DNA of 63,760 bases, counting the filler, from Octopus bimaculoides (taxonomy: Eukaryota), in assembly GCF_001194135.2 (NCBI RefSeq). It is 4 parts of 4 records of this genome, joined end to end, with 100 filler letters (N's around TTAATTAATTAA, not from the genome) between each part and the next. Parts side by side here need not be neighbours in the genome. Positions count along the whole stretch, not along the records: positions 1 to 28,873 come from NC_068982.1; 3 more parts are not named here. One strand, written 5' to 3'. Positions 1 to 10,367 of this stretch are shown here, piece by piece. The notes under the pieces were generated by a model that saw only the letters and a program-made list of their open reading frames with translations, was not told the DNA's origin and did not search any database. The position numbers and the translations under genes were made by a program. Every line of letters begins with the position of its first letter. The first letter of the stretch is position 1.

Positions 1-639
1 TATATAGTGTCCCAGAATATTTTAATATTTCTCCAGTAATTTGCACTTTCCCCATTTCTAATCTTTGTAAGACATAGTTCACTTGTCTTTATTGTGAATG
101 TAAACATACTTGTGTCTTGTGATCACAGGAATGCATTCATGTCACACATTCATGCATTCAGATGAAATAAAGAAAAATACTGTTATAGACATCAAATGTT
201 CTTAAGTAAATACAATCTTCATGCCTTTGCATCTCCCGCAAATAATACATAAAGGGTATCTCAGATATATTAAGTTAAGAAGAAATAAAGTGTGTTTAAT
301 GGAACATTTATTAACCATTTCAAGACAAGACTAGCCAGCAGGTAGCTTTCAAAAGTATCCAAGTATAACACAAGCCAAACTATTATTAATATATACTTTA
401 CTGTCGTACATGATTAATACAGAGACTAACTGTGGTAGCATTAATGCTGGTAACTCTTACAGTGAATTGTTAACCGCAACAGAGTCGAGAGAGCAAGTAG
501 GAATCAGAGGGTGGCGGGTGGTGGGGTGGGGTTGGGGGTATTGGTTGGTGCAAATTGTTGTTGTCAGGTTGTTGGCAATGTTTGACTCCCAGGTCAGCTC
601 TGACCGAGCAGACCGACCTATATCAAAGATATGCAAATA

Positions 640-883
640 GATACGCTGGTGCCTTGTAAACAGCACCCATGTTGGTGCCGTGAAAAAAAAAAAAAAGCAC
701 TGGCTATGGTGTCACATAAAAAGCACCCAGTACACTCTGTAGAGTGGTTGGCACTAGGAAGGATGTATGTCCGTCTGTAGAAACCATGCCAAAACAGACA
801 ATGGAACCTGGTGTGGCTCCTGGCCTTGCCAGTTCCTGTCACACCATTCAACCCATGCCAGCATGGAAAACAGATGTTAGATT

Positions 884-917
<34 letters not shown>

Positions 918-918
918 C
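640..918 (+). mobile_element. SINE, family D ((GAT)n-tailed)
   Basis: Ends ...aacccatgccagcatggaaaacagatgttagat-(gat)n, the same 3' end seen at about 2160-2218, 4560-4650 and 15500-15556 (+) and at 7195-7260 and 62215-62270 (-). The 5' part has three short GGTG..CACC hairpin units. Confidence 0.8.
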
Positions 919-1555
919 CTACAACAGAACTGAGAGAGCAAATAGGAATTAGAAGGAGGAAATGGATGGGGCAATTGCTGTTGTCAGCAATTGCCCCACA
1001 TCTTGACATGATGTCACTTCCCTCTCGTTTCTAGTCCTGACGTCACTCTTCCTCCACCCTCACTTCTGCTCCCAATCTCTCCCTTCATTCCTCTGCAAAC
1101 AATATGTTTTTTCTCCACTATTCCTGCTTCTGGTGATATCTTTTCACTCAGTCTATTGAGTGAGATGTTTGGATTTGGATAATCCTCAAGACTTCTGTAA
1201 TCGTGCTTCTTTTTTTTCTAGCTAGAGGTGTCATCCTTATGCAAACCTATTTTTACCTCTGGAAAGATGTGGTTCATATTCATCTGGCCTCTCTCCTTTC
1301 ATATATCCATTATGGGACCTAAGCTCCTAACAATGATACCAGACCAACCAATCATTCAATGGACACACTCAGGGAAGATCAGCTGCTACAAACTGAATCA
1401 CAAATTAACTTCCAGCCTTAACGTGACAACGAATTTTATAGAAAATAAATTAAGGTGGTGCTTAATTTATGAAGGTGGTGCTTCAGCACAGCTGTGGTCC
1501 TTGGCTGAAACCATTAAATATTGAAAAGAATAAGGTGGCTCTGGCAAAGACCCAC

Positions 1556-1728
1556 ACATGAATGCTGCTTATTGTGTGCCATCTGCATGGGAGCTAGTCA
1601 GGTGGCAATGGCATCGGCCACAACTACAATTTCCATAATCAAATAGAAAGTGTAGCTGTGGCCAATGCCAGTGCTGCCTGACTGGCTCCCATGCTGGTGG
1701 CACGCAATAAGCACCATTCATGCTTGGG
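1556..1728. repeat. Fold-back inverted repeat, about 75-bp arms, about 20-nt loop
   Basis: atgaatgctgcttattgtgtgccatctgcatgggagctagtcaggtggcaatggcatcggccacaactaca is the approximate reverse complement of tgtagctgtggccaatgccagtgctgcctgactggctcccatgctggtggcacgcaataagcaccattcat (about 85% by eye). Confidence 0.85.
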
Positions 1729-2218
1729 TCATTGCCAGTGCCACCCAAATGGCTCTCCATGCCGGTGGCATATAGAAAGCACCATCCAAATGTGGTCGAT
1801 GCCAGCCCATCGCCCTGAACGGCTCCTGTGTCAGTGGCACATAAAAACCACCATCCGAATGTGGACAACGCCAGTGCCACCTGACTGGCTCCTGTGCCGG
1901 TGGTACATAAAAAGTACCGTCTGATCATGGCTGGTGCCATTACCCACTGACTGGCTCCTGTGCCAGTGGCATGTAAAATGCACCATCTGAATGCAGTCGA
2001 TGCCAGTTCCGCTCCTGTGCCAGTGGAATGTAAAAAGCACCGACTACACTCTCAGAATGGTTGGCATCAGGAAGGGCACCCAGCTGTAGAAACATTGCCA
2101 GATCAAATTGGAGATTGGTGCAGCCTCCTGGCTCTCCAGACCCCAGTCAAACCGTGCAACCCATGCCAGCATGGAAAACGGACGTTAAATGATGATGATG
2201 ATGATGATGATGATGATG
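1681..2218 (+). mobile_element. SINE family D with six tandem 60-68 bp 5' units
   Basis: Six copies of ctggctcctgtgccggtggcacataaaaagcacca plus a variable tail (1681-2042), then the family D body and (gat)n tail. Confidence 0.8.
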
Positions 2219-2667
2219 TGCTTATCATAGAATGGATTATTGTTGTTATTATGTGTTGTTAGACTTCAATCTATAATTGGAAGATATGAGAACTACTTCA
2301 GCATTTCATTGCCATATTTATATGAGGAAACTAAGTAAGCATTTGTATGTGTTGCACTGAGATGATCTATTTTATGTTTTGTGTGCATTCACCATCTCCA
2401 ATTTATTTTCATTCCTGATATTATTGATCTGCAAACTGTTCTTTGTCAACTTTTTATCAATTTATCGATGATTCAGATGGACCCATCCTTCTTCTTTTCC
2501 TGGTTCATAATTTTTCTCAAATTGAATTTTTTAATTATACTGTATCTTTTTCTCTGGTATAGTTTGGGTGGTGGGATGGAAGTCAGTTGCTATTTCTAGC
2601 AGGCTGAACAATTTCTGAATGCATTACTCACATTTGATGGATATTTGTCCTCATCTTGTTTGTTGTT

Positions 2668-2713
2668 AACACAACGTTTCGGCTGATATACCCTCCAGCC
2701 TTCATCAGGTGTC
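2668..2713 (-). ncRNA. Minimal type I hammerhead ribozyme motif (intact copy)
   Basis: Minus strand reads GACAC-CTGATGA-A-GGCTG(gagggtatat)CAGCC-GAAA-CGT-T-GTGTT. This gives stem I GACAC/GTGTT, core CUGAUGA..GAAA, a 5-bp stem II, a palindromic ACGU stem III and a GUU cleavage triplet. Confidence 0.8.
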
Positions 2714-2772
2714 TTGGGGAAATTTCGAACCTGGGTTCTCATTCATTCCTAAGGTATTTTTCGATGTTATTA

Positions 2773-3023
2773 TACAGCTGTGGTAGCTTATACAAAGGCG
2801 AAACATGTCACCCCTTCAAAATAAGGGTGGAGGAACATCGCAAAACTATGACACAAGGAGATATTGATAAATCGGGTATAGCTGGTGATGTATGGTAAAA
2901 TGGAGACCACCTCTCCCTGTGGGATGAAGTTAAAATAATAGACAGAGAACACCACTGGAAAATACGAAAACTAAAAGAAGCATATGAATAGCATATGGAA
3001 ACCGGTATTAAGAAAGAATAAGA
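2773..3023 (+). pseudogene. Penelope-type GIY-YIG endonuclease fragment (in-frame stops)
   Basis: Translates YSCGSLYKGETCHPFKIRVEEHRKTMTQGDIDKSGIAGDVW*NGDHLSLWDEVKIIDREHHWKIRKLKEAYE*. This matches the C.CG..YIGET.R.L..R..EH...S.IA.H...HL..W..V.II..E.....R..KEA pattern of PLE endonucleases. Confidence 0.85.
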
Positions 3024-3070
3024 AGATATTAGATTTATAAGCCCCAAAAATTCACTCCATAATTGCTCAC

Positions 3071-3143
3071 GGGCATATGGCATAGTGGTTAAGAGCACAG
3101 GCTACTAACCCTAAGATTCCAAGTTCGATTCCAGGCAGTGACC
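3071..3143 (+). promoter_or_regulatory. tRNA-like segment with Pol III A box and B box
   Basis: gggcatatggcatagtggttaagagcacaggctactaaccctaagattccaagttcgattccaggcagtgacc has A box TGGCATAGTGG, B box GTTCGATTCC, tRNA-like spacing and a 7-nt CTACTAA anticodon-like loop. The stems pair poorly, so it is not a functional tRNA. Confidence 0.75.
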
Positions 3144-3180
3144 TGAATAACAACAGAATCCAGGTTTGAAATTTCCCCAA

Positions 3181-3226
3181 GACACCTGATGAAGGCTGGA
3201 GGGTATATCAGCTGAAATGTTGTGTT
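3181..3226 (+). ncRNA. Minimal hammerhead motif (decayed copy)
   Basis: gacac-ctgatga-a-ggctg(gagggtatat)cagct-gaaa-tgt-t-gtgtt, with two C>T changes at CpG sites relative to 2668-2713. Confidence 0.7.
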
Positions 3227-3569
3227 AACAACAAACAAGATGAGGACAAATATCCATCGAATGTAAATAATGTAAATAATTCCTCATCTCTTAAATATAG
3301 AACTGAATTTCTGAATGCCTTCTTTATTGGCTTAATTGAAAGATGCTAGCAAACACAAATACCAGCAATAAATTGTAATATAAATAGAGGGCACATCCTA
3401 AACGAAGGATTAATGTCCACAGGTGAAAGAGAACTTACAGGATTGTGGCAATAAGTGGTATTTTCTATGTATATGTTCTGTGTCTTCATCACTCCTACGG
3501 TAAACCCTGCAGGAAAAACTTTGAAACTCACAGAATTCAAAGAAGTTAACCTTGCATAAAAACTAATAT

Positions 3570-4080
3570 ATTCTTTTCTACTCTAGGCACAAGGCCTGAA
3601 ATTTTTGGTGAGGAGGCCAGTCGATTAGACCAACCCCAGTACGTAAATGGTATTTAATCTATCGACCCCGTCTGATTCCTTCTGATTCTAAAATTGATAT
3701 CAAATGGATTAAATGACAGCTAAAATACTCCAGATAAAAATTCTGCTTAAAGTTTGATTCTGTTTTTGTTTGGTTAATAATAATTTTCAAAATGCAATTA
3801 ATCTGACGAAGCAAATCAAAAAAAATTTTTTTTAATTACGGTTGTTTGTATTCATTCGTTTTAGAAATATTCTTTTCTACTCTAGGCACAAGGCCTGAAA
3901 TTTTTGGGGAGGGGTCAAGTTGATTAGATCGACCCCAGTACGCAACTCGTACTTAATTTATCGACTACGAAAGGAGAAAAGACAAAGTTGACCTTGGTGG
4001 AATTTGAACTCAGAATGTAAAGATGGACGAAATACCACTAAGCATTTCGCTCGGCATGCTAATGTTTCTGCCAGTTCACC
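3570..4080 (-). mobile_element. Two SINE family A copies (one partial)
   Basis: Reverse complement of ...gaaacgttagca...aaatgcttag...gttctgagttcaaattc...gcctagagtagaaaagaat at 3868-4080; a 3' fragment lies at 3570-3670. Confidence 0.8.
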
Positions 4081-4189
4081 AGAATATTTTGAACCTTTTT
4101 ACTCTATCAATACAGAGTGAGTTCTTTTTATCATATGCTACTACTTGCTTATGAATTCTACAACATGTGTGTGTGTGTGTGTGTGTGTG

Positions 4190-4337
4190 GCTGTGTGGTA
4201 AGAAATTTACTTTCCAACCACGTGGTTCTTGGTTCAGCCCCACTGTGTGGTAACTTGGACAAGTAGCTTCTAATATAGCCTCAGACTGACCAAAGCCTTC
4301 TGAGTGGATTTGGTAGACAGAGACTGAAAGAAGCCTG

Positions 4338-4345
<8 letters not shown>
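4190..4345 (+). mobile_element. SINE family C head followed by (TA)n
   Basis: ggctgtgtggtaag...ccaaccacgtggttcttggttcagcccc (A/B-box-like)...gaaagaagcctgtc. Confidence 0.75.
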
Positions 4346-4408
<63 letters not shown>

Positions 4409-4439
4409 CATATATATAAAATCACAGCTGTGGCAGATA

Positions 4440-4615
4440 CTGGTGTCACACAAATGTGACATGTAATAGCACCCATTACACTTGGAGTGGTTGATGTTAA
4501 GAAGGGCATCCAACCATAGAAAACCATGCCAAATAAGACTGGAGTCTGGTGTAGCCTTCCAGCATGCCAGCCCCAGAGAAACCATCCCCCCCACAACATG
4601 GACAACGGACATTAA

Positions 4616-4650
<35 letters not shown>
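4440..4650 (+). mobile_element. SINE family D
   Basis: gaagggcatcca...catgcc...ggacattaaat-(gat)n. Confidence 0.75.
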
Positions 4651-4653
<3 letters not shown>

Positions 4654-5572
4654 ATATACATGTGTGTGTGTCTGCATTTCTCCTCGACCACCACCATCAC
4701 CTAACAACCGATGCTTACATCGCTGTAACTTAGCGGTTCAGGCTTCTTTCAGTTTCTGTATACCAAATCCACTCAGAAGGGTTTGGTCAGCCTGAGGGTC
4801 GTTCTTTGTGTTACTTATCCTGTTTTCCATTTGTTTCTCTCATTGTTTGTGTATTTCATGTTGTTTACTGTTGGTGACATCTTGTACCCATATATGCATA
4901 TGTATATATATATAGTGTAGTATATTGCCACTTAAGTGTGGCTGACCCCTAGGGGTGGATGTTACTGTTGCTTTTAGCCCCAGGAGGACATCTCCTCCAG
5001 CTGGCTTATCGACACACGACTGTGTCCTGTTTGCCAAGGGAGTTATCCCTCTCACCTCGACCAGCAGCACGAACGTATCCGGATTTCAGGGTTATTTCCC
5101 TTCGTCGGCGTTCGACAGCTGATGACCTTGGTGAGAGAGACAAAAACCTGGCAAACCTTATATCTTCTTCTCCAGTGAAATTCTTCACTGATATTGAANN
5201 NNNNNNNNNNNNNNNNNNNNNNNNNNNNNNNNNNNNNNNNNNNNNNNNNNNNNNNNNNNNNNNNNNNNNNNNNNNNNNNNNNNNNNNNNNNNNNNNNNNN
5301 NNNNNNNNNNNNNNNNNNNNNNNNNNNNNNNNNNNNNNNNNNNNNNNNNNNNNNNNNNNNNNNNNNNNNNNNNNNNNNNNNNNNNNNNNNNNNNNNNNNN
5401 NNNNNNNNNNNNNNNNNNNNNNNNNNNNNNNNNNNNNNNNNNNNNNNNNNNNNNNNNNNNNNNNNNNNNNNNNNNNNNNNNNNNNNNNNNNNNNNNNNNN
5501 NNNNNNNNNNNNNNNNNNNNNNNNNNNNNNNNNNNNNNNNNNNNNNNNNNNNNNNNNNNNNNNNNNNNNNNN

Positions 5573-5677
<105 letters not shown>

Positions 5678-6525
5678 GCAATACATTTTTGCATGCATTT
5701 GTGTTCATGTAAAACAGATCTGACATTTCCCATAATAAATGTCAAATGCTTTGCACTATTGTATGATTGTATGGCATCTGTTCCAGCAGAATTTTATCCT
5801 AATAGAACACATTCATTTCTCAATAATATTTGATAATATTTGTGCAATCATATCTCATACAAAAATTTTGTATAGGATATGATTGTCTTCCGTATTTTTT
5901 ACCAGCATGAGGATGTTATCTATTTAGAATCTGAGCCCATATAAGACTTCACTGTCCATTGTACAAAATTTCCATTATCTCAAATGAATATTAATTTCCA
6001 ATTTTATGGGTCAATAACCTTCTCTAAATTGCAAAATAAAATTGAGGAAGTTGGAAGAAACCTTTTTGAACTCAGTACTGTGGTTATGTTACATTGAACG
6101 GACAATTGGTTTTGTTCAGAATTGAAGTTTAGTTTAAAGTTGCAGTTACGTTTCTATGGTTAGAAAACAGATGATTAATCTACTCTTTTCAGATATATAT
6201 TACTTCACTTGTCTCTTGTTCTGGCTGCTAAAGAAAAGATCAGCACTTAGTGTCTCCAACTTTAAGAAATTGTTATGTTGCTTCTTTTGTCAATTGTAGT
6301 TTTTCTCCACTTGATGCTAAATCTCAAGAATGTAAAGCAATCTCACATGTTAGGATTATAAATATTATCTTTACTTGACATTTAAGTCTTGAATTTTTGC
6401 TTATTTTTCAGATTTAATAGCTTGCATAATGACCACGGTGGAAATGCATCTCATGTAAAACTGGAAAAAATAAAAGTGAGGAAATATGAAGGGAAAATCG
6501 AAAGAATAGAGTTAAAGTCTGAGAT

Positions 6526-6585
<60 letters not shown>

Positions 6586-7020
6586 AGAGAGAGAGAGAGA
6601 GAGAAACATGGACACACACACATATGTTTATACACACACGCACACACACATACATACAGACGATGCCTTTCAGTGAGACATGCAAGTGTAGAGAATCATT
6701 TAAACTGCATTTCTGGATGTTTTCCCTTGTAAATATGCAGACTTAAAGAAGACTAGATCCGTAAATGTTGCTGTTTCCTTCGTTCACAAATAAGGGAATT
6801 ACTTTTTATTCACCAATTTCGCATCATTTACATCAGTTAAAACAAAGTATTGTCATCTGCTTGGAATTTCTCTTATCATATGTTCAATGCCATCAATATT
6901 GACATCAACACCATTACTGCTCATGTGAGCTGACTGTGAAAATAATCACACTTCTCTTTTCACTTGGTCTTTGCAATTAAGTCAAAAGGAAAAAGCCCAA
7001 GATTCCATGGTCTTCTATAT

Positions 7021-7568
7021 CAGAAGTTCTCAAACTTTTTGCCCCCCCCCCACTAATAGCCACATAATGCTCTCAGTGCCCCCACCCCTATTTCTTTGTA
7101 TAAATGTATATCTTATATTTTACTAATGTATATAGACTATGAATCATTTGATATTTAATATAATGTTATATGATTTGTATAAAATACTATAATCATTATC
7201 ATCATCATCATCATCATCATCATCATTGTTTAACGTCCGTTTTCCATGCTGGCATGGGTTGGAGGGTTTGCCTGAGGTCTGGAGAGCCAGCGGCTGCACC
7301 AGGCTCCAATATGATCTTGCAATGTTTCTACAGTTGGATGCCCTTCCTAATGCCAACCACTCCGAGAGTGTAGAGGGTGTTTTTTACGTGCCACTGGCAC
7401 AGGGGCCAGAGGGGGCTGGCATCGGCCACGTTTGGATGATATTAAATTCATAGTGTCCCCTGATTCACTGCCTTCCTCCCAATGCCTCCCTTTTCTCTAT
7501 TGCCCCCATACCCCACACCACCCCTCTTAGGCACCAGGGGGTGGTAGAGCCCACTTTCAGAACCTATG
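7021..7568. mobile_element. hAT-type MITE with a nested SINE D
   Basis: Imperfect TIRs cagaagttctcaaa / tttcagaacctatg, and an 8-bp TSD ttctatat at 7013-7020 and 7569-7576. 8-bp TSDs are typical of hAT. Confidence 0.7.
7195..7440 (-). mobile_element. SINE family D
   Basis: (atc)n-gtttaacgtccgttttccatgctggcatgggttgg...gatgcccttcc... Confidence 0.8.
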
Positions 7569-8529
7569 TTCTATATATAAAGCTGTTAAAAATGTCCTAG
7601 GATGACTATCACTCAAACTAAAGTCATGTTATAGCAAAGCCTCTGTGGAAACAGGCATCCTTCTTTGCTTGCAAAATGGTTGGTCTACAAAACAATAGTT
7701 ATTCTAATGCCTATAATATTCCTTATCTTTTTGACAATATTCAGAATTAGCCAAAAGCTTCCACTGAAGCTGGCAATAATGTAAACAAACTTACATGGCT
7801 GTTGCCGCCCTTACACAATTCTATTGGACTGGTATCTCTATATACACACCTGACAGAGATGACTGTAAAAATTCCACCAGCCTTTTTAAGTTATTCTGAA
7901 TGCAAAGACCTTTTTTTCACAAGAGTGATAAGAAGACGATCCCCTGTCATGGTAATAGTTATATATGATATCACTGGAGAATGTATTAAAAAAATGTGAT
8001 AACTCATATAGAATATCAATATTTATCTGTGCACTGCTGCTGTTATCCTGAAAGAACACCAGGGAGATATTTGCAAAGCACATGGCAATGAAATGACAAG
8101 CAACACAGGTTAATGTGCAATGAGATTAATAAATCTCATTGCACTGTGTAAAGCGAGAGATAAGTTCACTGCACACCAACAACATCTCCTGGAAAAATAA
8201 ACTAATGAAACTGTACTGAGATTTCAGCCCAGATTTTGAAGGAAAGTTAATAACCCTGAAACATGAACTCGAGACACACTAAAAAAAAAAACACTGTTGG
8301 CCTGAAAGAATGTATTGGAGTAAGCTTGGATAAAGCGCATAAGTTCGTTTTAAACCACAAGCTGCATACGAGGAGATGAGAGGGAAATTACTGCTGTAAA
8401 ATAAGACCCAATATAAGCAGTAAAATGTATGTTATTGATGTTGAAATTTTCATCAAAGCCACATAATGGGACGTCACAAGAAAGCGACAGCATAGTGCCT
8501 TACTGGTGTTAACATTTTACGGAAAATCA

Positions 8530-8915
8530 CTTACTCTTTTACTTGTTTCAGTCATTTGACTGTGGCCTTGCTGGAGCACCGCCTTTTGTCAAGCAAATCA
8601 ACCCCAGGACTTATTCTTTTGTAAGTCTAGTACTTATTCTATCGGTCTCTTTTGCCAAACCGCTAAGTTATGGGGACTTAAACACACCAACATTGGTTGC
8701 CAAGCGATGTTAGGGGGACAAACACACACACATAAACACATATATATATACGACGGGATTCTTTCAGTTTCTGTCTACCAAATCCACTCACAAGGCTTTG
8801 GTCTGCCCGAGGCTATAGTAGAAGACACTTGCCGAAGGTGCCACGCAGTGGGACTGAACCTGGAATCATGTGGTTCGTAAGCAAGCTACTTACCACACAA
8901 CCACTCCTATGCCTT
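8530..8915 (-). mobile_element. Full SINE C+B (tRNA-like head, short internal microsatellite, 3' body)
   Basis: Family C head at 8750-8915, about 30 bp of (CA)/(TA) repeat, then the body ending ...ctccagca..cagtcaaatgactgaaacaagtaaaaga on the minus strand. Confidence 0.8.
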
Positions 8916-8979
8916 ATACACATGTTTCAAACAAGAATTAAAAAAAAACTATAGAAGCCATACTGTCTTGTCAAAGCAC

Positions 8980-9900
8980 AAACAAACCTTGTGGTTAAGA
9001 ACAAAAACACTGCTTTGGCAGAGAACTAGAGGTCCATAATCTATGTGAACCACTTACTCCAAGACCATTGCAAGGCTAATGATAGAATCACTGATGAGCA
9101 AGGAGGTGGAAAGAAGGATACATGGTGATGCACTGAACAACTTTTGTTAAATGATGCTGTTCTGCCTAAAGTAAGAAACCTTGTGAGAGGTATGACTTGA
9201 TTAGGGAAAACTGTTTGATTCTATCCCCCACTCATGATGTCATCAGATGTCATTGCAGCAGGCAAAAGTATCTGCTGTCTTTGTTGCTCATCCAAAGACT
9301 CGATTTATAAACCTCACATCTGTAAATGAAAGCAGGATGATTGTCTTTAATATTCATATTTCAGAAGGTGGGGAGCTGGCAGAAACGTTAGCATACCGGG
9401 TGAAATGCTTAGCGGTATTTCATCTGCCTCTATGTTCTGAGTTCAAATTCCGCCGAGATCGACTTTTCCTTTCATCCTTTCGGGGTCAATGAATTAAGTA
9501 TCAGTTACACACTGGGATCGATGTAATCGACTTAATCCATTTGTCTGTCCTTGTTTGTCCCCTCTATGTTTAGCCCCTTGTGGGCAATAAAGAAATAACA
9601 ATCGTTAGCACGCTGAACAAAATGCTTAGCGGTATTTTGTCTGTTTTTACGTTCTAAGTTCAAATTCTGCCGAGGTCGACTTTGTCTTTCAATCTTTCGT
9701 GGTCAATAAATTAAGTACCAGTTGCGTACTGGGGTCAATGTAAGCGATTGGTCCCCTCCCCCAAAATTTCAGGCCTTGTACCTAGAGTAGAAAAGAATAT
9801 TCATATTTCAGTGGCAATATTCCAAGGTGACAGTCTTTATGTACTTCTGTTTGTTTTGGACTCTAATCCCATTGTTATTTCTTCTATGAAAATCCTCTGC
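8980..9900 (+). pseudogene. Decayed reverse-transcriptase fragment of an R4/Dong-type non-LTR element, split by a SINE dimer
   Basis: Translated pieces TNLVVKNKNTALAEN, ITDEQGGGKKDTW*CTEQLLLNDAV, FDSIPHS and, after the SINEs, IHISVAIFQGDSLYVLLFVL (the RT QGDSLSPLLF motif). Confidence 0.7.
9365..9795 (+). mobile_element. Dimeric SINE family A (A1+A2)
   Basis: Two tandem A units with different 3' ends; a single 16-bp TSD aatattcatatttcag at 9349-9364 and 9796-9811 flanks both. Confidence 0.85.
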
Positions 9901-10009
9901 TAATCTCCTAGGATCTGTAACTGCAACAGGCACTAATATTTCACATAATTTTCCCTAATACCAATAATCTTTCAGCTACCCCCACCCACCCAACACACAC
10001 ACACACATA

Positions 10010-10336
10010 TACACTGTGTGGCAATGTAGTTAAGTGGTATGCTTCTCAAACACATGGTTTTGGGTTCATTGCCACTGTCTGGCACTGTGGCTAAATGTCT
10101 TTTACTAAAGCCCTGGGCTGACAAAAGCCTTGTGAGCAGGTTTGAAAGACAGAAACTGAAAGACACCCATTGTATATGTGTTTAAACATATATATATGTA
10201 TATATANNNNNNNNNNNNNNNNNNNNNNNNNNNNNNNNNNNNNNNNNNNNNNNNNNNNNNNNNNNNNNNNNNNNNNNNNNNNNNNNNNNNNNNNNNNNNN
10301 NNNNNNNNNNNNNNNNNNNNNNNNNNNNNNNNNNNN

Positions 10337-10367
<31 letters not shown>

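Larger units (their letters stand above)
2623..3305 (+). mobile_element. Penelope-like element (PLE) remnant with inverted pseudo-LTR arms (fold-back element 1)
   Basis: Arm 2623-2772 is the reverse complement of arm about 3150-3305. It encloses a GIY-YIG fragment and a tRNA-like segment. The 13-bp direct repeat aatttctgaatgc at 2610-2622 and 3306-3318 flanks it as a TSD. Confidence 0.85.

Noticed and set aside
1569-1940. 123-aa ORF with internal repeats
   Set aside because: Antisense translation of the SINE D tandem units.
1681-2042. Repeat/spacer array resembling CRISPR
   Set aside because: The spacers are homologous to one another, the array is the 5' part of a SINE, the context is eukaryotic and there are no cas genes.
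3071-3143. Functional tRNA gene
   Set aside because: The A and B boxes are present, but the acceptor, anticodon and T stems pair poorly, and copies are tied to a mobile unit.
9091-9097. CTGATGA as a hammerhead core
   Set aside because: Part of the RT coding frame (ITDEQ); there is no stem II or GAAA after it.
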